Source of the DNA: Callorhinchus milii
Taxonomy: Eukaryota
DNA length: 64,000 nucleotides
Reading direction: 5' to 3'
Assembly (NCBI RefSeq): GCF_018977255.1
Contig: NW_024704758.1
Location: 15,068,001 to 15,132,000, forward strand
The notes beneath the pieces are model-generated. The model was given only the letters and a program-made list of their open reading frames with translations. It did not search any database and had not been told where the DNA came from. Shown here piece by piece: positions 50,653 to 63,536 of this stretch (the first letter of the stretch is position 1; every line of letters begins with the position of its first letter). The position numbers and the translations under genes are program-made.

Positions 50653-51948
50653 TGTCCATCTGCAATGTTCATGTAAAGATCCATTGTAAACATGCCACAC
50701 AACCCAACCATTTTGAAACCAAGCAACTTCTCTTGTCGTGAGGTTTATTTGCTTTGTTTCTTTTAATTTGTTTTGTCGCGGTTCATAAATGCCGATGGAT
50801 GCGTCTAACACACATGAAAAATTAAATTTTTTTAAATTTTTTGCTCTTGGCATCCAATTTGCCAATTTCATGGCCATTAAACAAGAAATAATAATGACAT
50901 GTAACTCCTTTGAGTTTCCAAACGCTCGTTTTCCAGTATAGTATGTGGGCAGAGAAGAGCGTCCTCAGAGCATGAAAAACTGAAGTTTAATTTACGTGGA
51001 AAATAAAGCAGCTGAACATTATTGTTAAGATCTGGAAGTTCCATCAAACAGCTTATTCAGTTGTGTAGTTATTATTGAATTTATTTGCCTTCTCTCACTG
51101 TCTCTTTGAAATAAATCCTCATTGGTTCAGCTCACAGGTGTGGTTTGGAATATTCTTTCTGCAATATGTAGCCCTAACCCAAATACATATATTTTTTACA
51201 GGATCTTTGTTAACGAGTTGTGTTATGACAATATGTGCGGAATCGGGGCCCAGCGAAACTACGGAAAGGAGACTTTCGCCGTACGCCCTGAGGTTACCTA
51301 CAGATCAGGTGTCAGCCTGGTTCCATGGTGACCACTTGCCTCTGAGTCAGAAGGTTGTGGGTTCAAGCCCCAGATCGGCCCTTTGAGCTCACCTGGTCCA
51401 ACACTCCAGGGCATTGCATTTGTCAGAGGGATGTTTCAGGTGATGTACGAATCGGGCTTAAACTTATGATGCAGCCTATTTACAGTTCCCGAAGATAAAC
51501 TCTTGTGGATAACTCCGTGGATAAATGCCATTTGGCACTTGGAGAAATCTGGGCACCTGGAATTTCTATTAAATCCAGGAATCAGACAGGCAAACAATTG
51601 ATGCTTGGGTGAGATACTCATTCTTAAGAAGAGCTGGCAAAAGCGGCAACTAAATCAGGTTTTCCAAAATTCTGCGCGTTCATGGATTTTATCACCATGG
51701 TATTAAGGCTGAGATCATGAAGGATTTGGGGCCTTAGTGAATTCTAGCATGGACGTGTGTTTTTAAATTGGAGTGGTGGTTCTTCTTTAAACAGAATAAT
51801 TGAGGAGGCAATTATTTAATGATTCATAACCATTTTTCAACGCACCGAGCAGGACCGCAGGGATTTCGGCCATTATCCACTGCTGCAGCTGTGAAAAGCA
51901 ATTTCAGTTAAGGTTATGAGAGTGACATGACTTTTCTGTCTTTTACAG

Positions 51949-52006
51949 ATACAGTCTCTCTTGGATTCCCAGCCTGAAATTCCTAGCCATGGCGGAATTC
52001 AAGTGG
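51949..52006 (+). other. Candidate 58-nt exon of an unidentified host gene, possibly carrying a start codon
   Basis: Strong acceptor cttttctgtcttttacag| and donor TGG|gtatgt; strong Kozak context GCCATGG at 51986-51992 (MAEFKW); repeat-free flanks. Protein not recognised. Confidence 0.5.
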
Positions 52007-53549
52007 GTATGTTTTTTTACTGTTAACCGTTTGAGTGTGGATTCTAGTCTTACTCTCTAAGTATCGCATCGGACAAGCACCATCCTTGCCCTAAAGCATT
52101 GAAGTTCAGTCATTCAGGTTTATTTTCTGTGCCTCGCTGTGCTATGCATTTGCCCACTAAATCACTGAGTGAGCTAGTGAAACAGTGGACGACTTTTAGT
52201 GTAGCTGTGAAGATCACGACTATTGAAAGTATTATAAAATAGGTTTTTCATTGCTAATTTTTATTCTTTAAAATGTATATTTAGTACACTTGACAGATTG
52301 ACAATCTGCGCAGTCAATTACAGACTTAATTTATTATGTATAAACTACTCACAACCATTTAAAAATCATCTTATTCATATAAACGATGTCTTTTCCATTA
52401 TAATTTGATATGTGAGTGCGAAATTTCAAAATTAAAAAGGGCCAAATTGGTTCATTAAACTTTAATGTTTAAATTTCTCTCTTTATCATGTGCACTGTGC
52501 AGTCAGAAACTGAGGTGCGTTTGTTAAATTGATGGTTTAGGAAACGAACAGCTGGACCCTAATCCTGGCAACTGACTGTGGTCTTATTCACTGGAAGGAA
52601 CAAAAACATAATGAATGCATTCAAAAATCTGTAATTCAAATATTTAAGGTATGTATCATAGTGGCTGTTGTTTCTATTTGGCATGTTTAGTATACATTTG
52701 CTGTAAAACTCTGTCCCCTTGAACATTAATCATCCTATGTTTTCGTGAACATAAGAACAGTAACAAGCCATTCGGAAGGGGGAATTGTTGATCAAGAGGT
52801 CAGGAGAAACCCTCTTTTGTTTTTTAATGGGATCGTGGGATCTTTAATGTCTGCCTGAACGTTTGCTAGGTTTATAAAGAATCCACTAATCTAAAGTCCT
52901 CGAACAGTCCATTGGACCATCCAAGAACATTTAAGAGACCAATGTAAGGGTTTCTGTTTCTCTTTAATTATTTAGTCATGAATTGGAAAGTAAGTTAATG
53001 TTCTTCCAACCTCTTTGGCTCTACTTTGAGCTGAATTTCCGCTTGAAGCAGCTTACATTGCAGACTTGCAGAACAGCTTTCCTGATGTTTTTGTACATGT
53101 CGTACAAGCTCTGGTTATTCACATGAAACACACTTCATGCTTTCAGGCCAAGGCTATCAGCAATTGCTGCTTCCTATTTTATCCAGGTCTCTCAAGGGTC
53201 TGAGAGACATGAATAGAAATGACATTGTGTGTTCTTACACCAACCCATCCAAACAGCACCGTCCATTCGTGGGAAGAAAGAGAAAAACTCTTGAATAAAG
53301 GGCTCACTCCCAAGTTGACTCCCAGTTTTCTCTTTCCCACTGACCTGCTGGTTTTATTAACACTGCCCATCGCTTGCCCTGAGCAGAAAGACCTCGCTAC
53401 CATCAATCAAAGGTTATTCCGTGCCTATGCTTAAGATTCCCACAGTAATTGTGACATTCACTGAGTGCTCCTTTGTGGATGAGCTCTAAAGAGTCACGAG
53501 AATAGAGCTTTAAAACTCTAAGGCACTGTATCCATTGTTGTTCCTTTGG

Positions 53550-53702
53550 ATGGTTTGTGGGACGCTGCTGTGCGCAATTGGCTGTCACGTTTCGCTGCAA
53601 AATACACAGTCAATTCACTTTACAGTATATCCTGTGAAGCTCTTTGAAACATCTCGAAGACATGATAAGGCGCTGCATCGATTGCAATTATCATTATTAT
53701 TA
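53550..53702 (+). mobile_element. SINE family A, 3' half
   Basis: gtttgtgggacgctgctgtgcgcaattggctg...gaagacatgataaggcgctg. Confidence 0.87.
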
Positions 53703-53859
53703 TGATTAGTTATCCCAGGGCTGCTGTAGCTGTTGGGATACCAATAACTGTTCTCCAATCTCTGCTGAAGCCAATGCTCTTGAAGTAAAGGATCCAATGT
53801 TTTCTTGGGTAGACCTGAAAATTAAATGAGAAAGGGGCAAGCATCGTATAGAAGAGGTG

Positions 53860-54268
53860 GCAGCCCTGACTCGTTTGTCAGCAGTCTTGCCTCTGAGTCA
53901 AAAAATTAAGGGTTCAAGCTCTACATCAGGACCTTGAGCTCACAGTCTAGGCTGATGCTTCAACACAGTCCTGGTGGAGCTCTACAATGTCGGAGGTGCC
54001 GTCCCTCTTGTGAAGTGTTATACCAAGGTCTCGTCTGCCTGTTCGGGTGAATATTAATGATCCCATGACACCACTCAGAAAGAGAAGAGAGTTTCTCCTG
54101 GTGTCCCAGATGAAAATGATCATTCACTTCCTGGCTGTTTGTGGGGCATTGCTATGCACAAATTGGCTGCTGGCAGTCATTTCACTTAACAGCAAACCCT
54201 CTGATGAGCTTTCAGATGTCTTGATGACATGATAAGATGCAATATCAAACACAAGGATTATTATTATG
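53860..54268 (+). mobile_element. DeuSINE-type family B, near full length
   Basis: Head with B box ggttcaagc; core gtcggaggtgccgtcc...tcgtctgcctgttcgggtgaatattaatgatcccatgacac; 3' body and tail shared with family A. Confidence 0.83.
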
Positions 54269-54737
54269 ATAGTTGAAGTTGCTACACCAAAAAAAACTGT
54301 GAATCTTATCAGCAGTGTTGGCATCATCTGAAGAGCATTCAGGACTGTGGGAAGAATTACTGGGTCATTGAAAGACATGCCATTTGAAGTCTGAGAACAA
54401 GCATCCTTTGTACCTGTATTCTGTGCGTGGCGTGGCTTGTACTCTTGAATAATGAGTACCAGCATTAGATAGCAAACAGCTGCTCTTTGATCAACTACAG
54501 GAATGGCTTGCTCAATGTGCAGGCAGTGACAAGCTAAGCCAAGCACATTGCATGTTGCTGCCTCTCTCCTCTTGCAGGTAATCGGGAAATGTGAGTGTTC
54601 AGTGAATGTACTGGTGTGACTTCTTTAACCCTGTAAGTACCTGCATTCCCTTCATATTGCTGTTGTGCTCAGGACACAAATAACAATGGCAGGTAACTCC
54701 CCCCCCCCTCCCCCACCCCCTCCACACAAACACACAC

Positions 54738-54790
54738 AAGAACATAAGAACAGGAGTAGGCCATTCAGCCCTTCGAGCCTGTTCTGCCAA
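54738..54790 (-). mobile_element. CR1 3' terminus
   Basis: aagaacataagaacaggagtaggccattcagcccttcgagcctgttctgcca. Confidence 0.85.
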
Positions 54791-55286
54791 GCTCTTGAAG
54801 ACTTCAGTCACTGAAAGTGAAACGCTGATATGGAATAACAATAGCAATAGAGTGTGTTACGAGGCTTAATACGGTTGGTGGTGACAAACCTTTGATTTCT
54901 GGTCTTATGCTCACATCACACCACTTTGCAGTGTACCCTGTGAAGTGCTTTGCGGTGTCTCAGATGTCAACTTGATAAGGTGCAATATCAAATGGAAGGG
55001 TTATTGTTAACATGGTGTATCTGGGTTGCATCCCAGTCTTACGCGGATTCTGTCCAAACCACGTGTGTAAAATACAGAAACTTTCTGCAACTCAAATGCT
55101 CTTGATGGTGGGACAAGACAATTAGAATCCTGGCTCTGGGTCAGCATTTTATAAAGGAAATGAAACACTCGCCTGGTTTCAGTGGTGAACGGCTGTAAAG
55201 GCTGTAGGAAGCAGTAATGAAGGGAAGGTGATCAGCCCCACTTGAAAATATGAACTCTGATGATATTGTACAATTTGGAAAGCTTA

Positions 55287-55510
55287 CCGGATCGTTTTCC
55301 CGAGGGTAACAGTCCCTTCGAAAAAATGATCATAATAATGTGGTCACTCAATCCGCAGCTGTTTGTGGGGACGTTGCTGTGCGCAATTGGCTGCCGCGTT
55401 TCGCCCACAAAAATATACAGTCAATTCACTTTACAGTATGTTCTGTGAAGCGCTTTGAGACATCTCAAAGACCTGATAAGGCGCTGTGTCAAATGCGAGG
55501 ATTATTATTG
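55287..55510 (+). mobile_element. SINE family A, long subfamily, 5'-truncated
   Basis: cggatcgttttcccgagggtaacagtccc...tggtcactcaatcc body and tail. Confidence 0.88.
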
Positions 55511-56398
55511 TTTGTTACCAACACTAAAAGAGACAATGCTGTAGAATGTGGCAGTGGACTGTATAATGAGAATACTGCAGGAACAATATTCAAGGCTGCC
55601 TCTCTCTCTCTCTCTCTATCTTGTCCGCGATGAATCCTGATGTCACCCGTTCCCTCTATACCACCCCCCCACCGCCCCGAGTGCTTTTTTTCATGGCTTC
55701 ACCCACCGCCCAGTTGTCAGGGTGACGGCTCGGAATCTGGTCCAGGCCCGCGAGATGCTGGCGGGAATTAGAGCCAGTCACGACTTTCCCAGAGCGATAT
55801 CTCAGCCTCCACATTGAGGCTTGTGTTTGAAGAGCACTGCTCAGAAACGCTCTGAACAACAGCAAAGCATGATTCACATGAGGCTCAGCTTGGAGTGTGC
55901 TCTTGAGTATGTAAATCAGCCACCGTAAGCACCACACCAGGACAAATCCTTCTTCCCATATTGAAAATCAGTGAAAGGAAAGAGGCCAATTGTTGCTCGC
56001 TAAAAAGGTCTCATTATTCCAAGGTTTACTGATGAATCTTAAACCAATGATCTCTCTCCCGGGCGAGCAATTATTTTTCACAGACAGGGAAACAGAAACT
56101 GTCGTTTTGAGAATTGGAATTAGAGTCGGTGATGCAGAAAGTGAGAGAGAAAACGGTAAGTGAGATGAAGCGTTAACGCAATTGCAGGAACCACCTGATT
56201 TACCTCAGAGAAGGACTGACCTGCGATGTAGAACGCAAGATTCCACCAATTGCTAGTGAAATGGAAGTGTCTCACTTAAGCATGTGTTTTTATTTAAAAT
56301 TGCTTCCTCTTTCAGTGACCGCAGTTCAGTTTATTTTTTGGATGTATATAGATATAGAACCAAGAGGGTCCATGCACACTGCAACCCGTGCTCATCAA

Positions 56399-56795
56399 GG
56401 CGTTTGATACAGTGCCTTATGACGTCGTCAAGATGTCTCAAAGCACTTGCCTCGCAAGAGAGAGGACCTGGGTTCGATTCCCTGCAGGGCAAAATGTTGG
56501 GCAAGTTTCCTTACTCCACACGCCTCTGTTTACCCAGCAGTCAGTAGAAACCTAGTTGGTAGTCGATTGGCGGATCACTTTTCCGGGGGTAATAGTCTTT
56601 CAAAAAAAATTTTTCAAAAATAATAATAATGTGGTCACACAATCCACGACTCTCTGTGGGTCACTGTTGTGTGCAATTGGCTGCCTCGTTTCGCCCACAA
56701 TTATTACAGTCAATTCCCTTTACAGTATATTCTGTGAAGCGCTTTGAGACGTCTCAAAGACGTTATATGCTGGCGGGAATTAGTATTATTATTAT
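56399..56795 (+). mobile_element. SINE family A long copy whose 5' end is replaced by an inverted tail fragment
   Basis: 56399-56447 is a reversed tail; from agcact (56442-56447) the sequence continues as a forward head (tgcctcgcaagagagaggacctgggttcgattccc). Confidence 0.85.
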
Positions 56796-57654
56796 TGCTG
56801 CTGGCGTTCATTATCACTTCACTGATATATGTGGCCAATGTTGAGGCTAATCGATAAGGGTCTCAATCACTGAAGTCTTTCAGGAACTAAGGTTTCTGAA
56901 GAACTAAAGAGTTTGTATCACTAAAGGCTGATCTGGGTGTGATTCCTGTTACTCCCTTTCTCTCTCTGTCGAGGTACAGAGAGGTACATATCCAGTGCTT
57001 TAAGTGCTATAATGGATATTGAGTAGCAGAACCTTTAGTATGAAGACAGTTGCAATGTCACAGGTTTACATGCACTTTTCTGCAATGGACATTTATTGCT
57101 GATATGATTGTTTGCACAGTATAAACACCAGAATTGATCTACCTGGGGCGAGCGGTAATTAGGTTTCTTTGTTGATGTCAGACTCCGCCATAGTCAAGCG
57201 CTCCAGGACGCAACCTTGTGTGAAGTGCGCTCTGTAAATGCAAGTTGTTGTTATTGAATTTCAGTTAAGTGCCTATTTCTAACGCCTCGTCCACATGCAT
57301 GTGTGTGAGCAGCGATAGCTGATACGGTAATCATTGCTGTGCAGTTGTAAGCAATTCAAAGTGTAAAGAACAAGGGCAAGGAGCTGAGGTAATCAATAGA
57401 ATATCATTCGCCACCTACTCCCATTAACCAAACAAAAGCGCAGGCTGACAAATAATTAACAGCTTTCTGCTCGGATTTCTCTGCGTTAGTGAGATGCCAA
57501 CTATCTGCCCCCACTCTCAAGAACTCAAACTGGAGTCTCTCCAACTCGCTGCCTCCTTTCCTCCTTCGCCTCTTTCAAGGTCAATCACAAGATCTACCTT
57601 TTTGAATGCGCTTTCACTCATTTTTTCCCTCCCGAACCTCCCCTCCCCCCAAGC

Positions 57655-57815
57655 ACAGCAACACCCCACAAACAGCCATTTTGATTTGAGGGAGTGTTAT
57701 TCCAGGAGACCAGGAGAAACGGCTTTCTTCTTTCTCTCGAGCGGTGTCGTGGGATCTTTAACATCCACCTGAGCAGGCAGACCACAGGACCATGACTTAA
57801 CGTCTCATCCAAACG
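57655..57815 (-). mobile_element. DeuSINE-type family B fragment
   Basis: gtgggatctttaacatccacctgagcaggcagac...ttaacgtctcatccaaa. Confidence 0.78.
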
Positions 57816-58169
57816 ATTCACTTATTTGTTCTTGAAATGAAATGGTCCGTTTGGAGGGTTGAGAGCCGGGGAAATGAATCTTTGCGACAGACACATGCGC
57901 ACTACACATCACACAAGGGCATGTTCGTAAATCCCTCACGTTTATAATGGAAAATTACAATGGTTTGAGCAAATAAACTGCCAGCCCTTTCTCCAATTAG
58001 GCGACTTGTCGACCTGTTTTGTTTCGAGTGCTAACTGGAGTTGCAGTAATTGCTTTTCCTTATGAAACGACAAGGTCATTGGCCTGTGAAGTATGAGTTG
58101 AGGCTGAATTGACCTGGCACATTGTCCTACGCCTTTGAAGACACGTTGTGAATATTTAGGGTATATTTT

Positions 58170-58328
58170 CCAGACTGAGGTGGATAGATATTTGTCAGGT
58201 CAGGGGATCAAGGGATATGGGGCAAGGGCGGGTAATTAGAGTTGAGGTGCAGATCAGCCAGGATCTTATAGAATGGTGGAACAGGCTCGAGGGGCTGAAT
58301 GGCCTCCTCCTGTTCCTATGTTTCTATG
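58170..58328 (+). mobile_element. CR1 3' fragment
   Basis: agactgaggtggatagatatttg...ggggatcaagggatatggggc...gaatggtggaacaggctcgaggggctgaatggcctcctcctgttcctatg. Confidence 0.9.
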
Positions 58329-59011
58329 AGTAGGGAGGGATTTTGGTTGGTGAAATATGGTTTTGTTTGGAGGAAGTTGCAAAGCTTCAGTGGCGTGAGG
58401 TGTGGTGGGGTATTCCAAGTAGTTACAGAGAGAGATACTTTGTTTTTTTGAAAATATATATTTTTATTTATAAATATAATATTTGGCACAGCAGAAATCC
58501 CAAACAATGGGACATAGAGAGAGACAGCAGAGAAACAGACCATCCAGTTGAACTCCGCAGGCCTCTCCTCTACCCTTCTGTTCCCTTCTCTTTCATTGTT
58601 GGCATTGCATTTCCTCTGGAATCCATTGGTGAGGTTTATTTTCACTCCCAAGCACTGGGGAAAATATGTCATGGTAACTGCAAACATTTTACGGTGATAC
58701 TTTAATAATAAATAATAATAACCCCCCCACCCAACTGTCCTCCCATTATTGCATGAAACTACTTTTTAAATGAGCCCAGTGTCCAGGACTCAGAACACCC
58801 CCCTCCACCAACCCCTCCCTTGAAGACAGTTTTCTGTAGTTTTGCAAATGCCTGCCCTCTATGAAATGCTAAGGCAATGGACTAAATCTAGATCTAGATA
58901 GAATCCACACACCGTCAATGCGTGTGTACTTCCAAATTCAAAGCAACTTCAGTATATTAAAAAAAATAAGATATTGGACAGTTGTCAGATTATATAAGTG
59001 TATATAGGCTC

Positions 59012-59505
59012 GTGTACTCTCGAGCACCAGGCTCCGTGACCCCATCACTCCCACCCTCGCCCGATCCACTGGCTCCCCATCCCCCAGAGGAATGAATTCA
59101 AGATCCTCGTCCTCACTTTCAAGGCCATCCATGGCCTCGCCCCCTCCTACCTCTCTGACCTGCTGACTCCCTACTAACCTACCCGCTCCCTCCATTCAGC
59201 GGGCTCTGGCCTGCTCCATGTCTCCCGCCCGACCCGCCCTACCATCGGTGGGCGGGCTTTCAGCCTCTCTGCCCCACACTCTGGAACTCCATCCCACGGT
59301 CCCTTCACCTCGCTTCCTCCCTTGCGTCCTTCAAGGCCGCTCTCAAGACCCTTCTCTATGACCGTGCCTTTGGTCTCCCTCCCACCTCTCTGCCTTTCCT
59401 CACCCTTCCCGACCCCTCCCCAATGCTCCTGACCCCTGACTGTCCAGCACCTTGAGACGTCCTCCCGATGTGAAAGGCGTTCTATAAATGTAATTTTCTT
59501 GTTGT
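59012..59505 (+). mobile_element. L2-clade LINE 3' fragment (ORF2 C-terminus, 3' UTR, tail)
   Basis: With frameshifts it translates RLRDPITPTLA..HWLPIPQRNEFKILVLTFKAIHGLAP.YLSDLL..IGGRAFSLSAP.LWNSIP..SLASFKAALKTLLYDRAFG. Tail ccttgagacgtcctcccgatgtgaaaggcgttctataaatgtaa. Confidence 0.92.
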
Positions 59506-60654
59506 ATTGGAATTAAATTTTACTTAGCTCAAACACCTGCTTTTTATTTAAGAACAAAATAATTCAGCCCTGTAAGAATCAATTATTTAAGACAGGATCC
59601 ATAAATATCCTTCAATCTTTGCAGCAAAGGTTTATTTAAGGAACACCACAGTTTCGTAAGAGTCGCAGAGAAAACAGGCATATAATGTACCTTTGCACAT
59701 GTGAAATACAACAAGGACAGCAATGATTTTTGAAAGAACTAGCACTGGGATCTAGATTTAGGAGCTAATTAATTACAGCGCAGAAGGAGGCCATTCGGTC
59801 CTTCGAGCCTATTTTTGTCTTCTGGAATTATAATACTACTATAATTGTTGCCTACAACAACTTACATTTATATAGCCACGAGGTAGAGTCCTGAACCTTA
59901 CACATGTATTGTCAAATCCTGTGATGCGCTTTGTGATGCCTTGACGATGTCATGAGGCACTATATCAAACGCATTATTTCTCCAATTCCAATTCCTTACA
60001 CTTTTCCTGTACTCCTTTATAATTATAACAGTCCTTGCATTCGATATAGCGCTTTTTGTGTTGGGAGAACGTTTCGAGGCGTTTCACAGGATTTACTGCA
60101 GAGTGAAATAAGTGACTGTGTATTTTGTAGCTGAATGCAGCATGCAATGCAGCCATGAAGTGAACAATCAATTGTATCTGCAGTACTGTTGGTCAGGACA
60201 CTGGGAGAATGTTGGATGGTCTATCACAGAGCATTGATGCATATTTATATAAAGCTACCCTGGTACTTTAGCACTTTACGCTCAGCCTCTCCGCGACTTG
60301 TTTTTAACGGCAGTGATTGAAGCAGTTTAACAGACAATGACATCTGGATTCAGCTGCGAGAGCATTGCATTAATATCTATTATTTAAATGCCTAAGTAAA
60401 TGTTTCCAATAAAATCCCTTGAAGGTCGTATTGTGCTTGAGAAAATGTCGCAGGGCATATATCTCGGTGTTTTGCAGAAGTATTCCCAATGTTAGTTCTT
60501 TTTCTCGAAAGCTCCTCGTTTCTAACACAAAAACACACAGGAAATGATATAAATGCAAGTTGTTGTCGTTGTTGACATCAGTGGCAGCAACGTGTAATTT
60601 TATTGAGCTTGCAAAGAAGGCAGCATTAGCCATTTTCCCTGTTTGATAAACATT

Positions 60655-60829
60655 TGGCCATTCGCTTCACGGCTGTTTGAGGGACGGTGCTGGGTGCAAA
60701 TTGGTTGCTGTTCAACTTAAAAAAAAACACACAAACACAATCTTTTTACTTTACAGTAAAACCCTGTGAAGCGCTTTGAGACGTTGACAGCATGATGAGG
60801 TGCCATATCAAGTGCAAGGATTATTATTA
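60655..60829 (+). mobile_element. Deu-body SINE 3' half
   Basis: ggctgtttgagggacggtgctgggtgcaaattgg...gaagcgctttgagacg...gcaaggattattatt. Confidence 0.8.
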
Positions 60830-62034
60830 ATGTTATTAAAAGGGAACTTAAATTAAAGTCATCGCTGCACATTTCCCAATGATAGACTTCTTTTTAATTA
60901 TCTTCATGATTAGGTCTTTGACCACAACCCTGACAAACCTGCGAGACAGTTTAAGTCTCACAAGAACAACTGAGCCCCATTTGGCACCACAACTTATCCC
61001 AGTTTATTGAATTTGGAGGCCTTTAGTACGTTAGCATTGAGCTTGTTCCCTTTTCCAAAGAGGTCATAAATTTTGCACATCTGCGTTCTTGGTGTGGAAT
61101 GACTATTTTTCCCCAGCGCTATAAGCACCAGAGTTCTGCTCAAACACACTCAAGCATTTTGCCACATATCCTCAGTAATTAACATATATATTAAAGCTGC
61201 AAGCCCCAGCTTTACTCAAGAGGTTTGCTATGAATGATCCTGGTGAAAACTCGCGACAATCATTAGCAACAAGGAGAAATGTGCTTCCGCAAATTCTTTA
61301 ACAGCAACTGCGGTGGAAAAAGCAAAGCAGACTTTTCGTTCTCACCGTGTTGATTAATATGACCCTGATCCAGTTTCCAAATGGTTTGACGCATTGGACG
61401 CAAGCTTTCGCAATCTTGAGAAATTATTATGACTGTGGATCTAAATTACAGATTTATTTGCCTTTCTTTTGCAATCGGTTGATTATTAATAAAATCACTC
61501 AAGAAAAGAAGCATTGTGTGTGTGCTTAAAGAAACTACGAGGGAGAAATATCGCAGGCTGCAATAATTGAATTTGGGAATAGAGATCAGAATCGGCAGCT
61601 TAAACAATGTACATCCCCAGAGCTTAACCGAAGGACTCTTTACATTTAAGAAGCATGACTGAGTTACAAGCATTAGAGCACGCTTATACGTGGCAAGCTG
61701 GAACAGCGACTCAGGGGAAATATTCCTGTGGCTTGGGCATTTCTGAAGCTGTAAATCATATTTATATGGCGTGTAAAACAAAGCGAGAGCTCGCAAAATC
61801 TGCAGATAAAAAAAATTCACAAGGCGGGCTAATAATTTCTTAATAACCTTTGAAAAAATAATAATCCTTGCCTTTGATTGATAGCCTTTCATGTTCATGA
61901 GGACGTCTCGAAGCACTTCACAGGACTGACTGTGAAATGTAGTGACTGTGCATTTTGGAATCAAAATTACTGCTCAGCGACGACACACAAAAAGCCACAC
62001 GTTGATTGACTGGAATGATTTTTTTTCTGAAGGG

Positions 62035-62195
62035 CTGTCAGCCAGAAACACCGGGAGAAACTCAGTTCTCCTTTTCGAATGGTGTCATAGGATCTTTAAT
62101 GTCCACCTGAACAGGCAAATGGGACCTCGGCTTAACATCTCATCAGAAGGACGGCACCTCCCACCATGTAATTCCCCCCCCCAACTCAGCACCGG
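62035..62195 (-). mobile_element. DeuSINE-type family B fragment
   Basis: ggatctttaatgtccacctgaacaggcaaatgggacctcggcttaacatctcatcagaaggacggcacctcc. Confidence 0.82.
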
Positions 62196-63048
62196 AGCAG
62201 AAGGAAAGTCATTCCGCCCTCCTGACCAGGCAGCGAACCGACAGACTTTGTCTCACGCACATCTTCACGAGGTGCCTGCTGCTTTCGCAGCGGGTACTCT
62301 AACCACTAAACTGCAGGATTCCACACTAATAGGCACTGAATGGTCAATTCAGACGAGGAACACTGCTCGTTTCCTCTGCTCAGACGTTTTACCGAGGGTG
62401 AGAGTGTTTAATCATAGCCTCAGTAGCAGAAGGGCCTGAGATCTGTAGTTAGTTGGAGTGCTTTCTGGTGTGCTGAGAATTGAGTGTTTGTGCGAGTGGT
62501 TGAGATGCCCTGGAGGTGACTTCCTTGCAATTCAAAAACAGAACTTGTTAGAAATCAATATTTAGCAATTCGCGCAGTGAGAACGTGGAGGTAGATAAGG
62601 TCAGTGCAGCAGTCAAACAAACAAATACGTTTGTTTCCAAATCCTTACATTGAATCCAGTGCCTTTTGTGTCAGAAGGACGTCTCAAAGCACCTGCAGAA
62701 CATTTAGTAAAGTGATGTGAACTGTGTATTTTTTTAGGTGAAATATAGACAAACAACACAGATGAACCATCCGGTTCCATTGGCTGCGCTGAGTGCATTC
62801 TCTGCATCAGAGGGAGAGTGAACATTAGGGTGGTGTGGTTTTCCACTAATATTTCTCTTATTTGTCAGTGTTTAGTACATCAGGTTTGATTCATGTTGAG
62901 TGCACTCCTGTGGGGGTTTGGTTGAAGCCAGAGAGCGAACAGGAGAGATTGCACGAGTATGAGACCATTTTATGCACACGGTACAATAGTATATAGTCAG
63001 TCACAGGCTTCAAGCCCGAGGAGCTATGATATTCCCAGTCCGTTGCTC

Positions 63049-63370
63049 AGTCCTGTAGCTCAGTGGTTAGAGCACTCGCTTTGCAAGTGAGAGACCTGAG
63101 TTCAATCCCCGGGGGGTCAGGGCGAAACCTTGGGCAAGTTTCCTTACTCCACACAGAGCCTAATAATAATCCCTCCAAAACCAAAAACAATAATAAATTG
63201 GTCATTTTCAATCCATGACTGTTTGTGGGACATTGCTGTGCGCAATTGGCTGCCGCGTTCGCCCACAAATATACAGTCAATTCACTTTACAGTGTGTTCT
63301 GTGAAGCGCTTTGGGACGTCCTCCCGACGTGAAAAGCGCTATATCAAATGCAAGAATTATTATTATTATT
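63049..63370 (+). mobile_element. SINE family A, full length, short subfamily
   Basis: Head agtcctgtagctcagtggttagagcactcg; shares acacagagcctaataat and tggtcattttcaatcc with the 4630 copy; L2-like tail loop ctccc. Confidence 0.93.
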
Positions 63371-63536
63371 ACATAAATATCATAATTTTAGAACAAACGT
63401 ATTTTTATGGGTTCCTTTTCTTTGGGCTGGTGGTGGGGGAAACTAAGCTGGTGGTTAAGAATTTATGAGGACAAAGTCTTACAATGCCCACTCCACCCAC
63501 CTCTGTGCCCACCAATAACCCTTCCTCATGCTCATC

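Noticed and set aside
58938..59195. 85-aa minus-strand ORF, and 41665-41859 on the plus strand
   Set aside because: Antisense readings of L2 ORF2 remnants.
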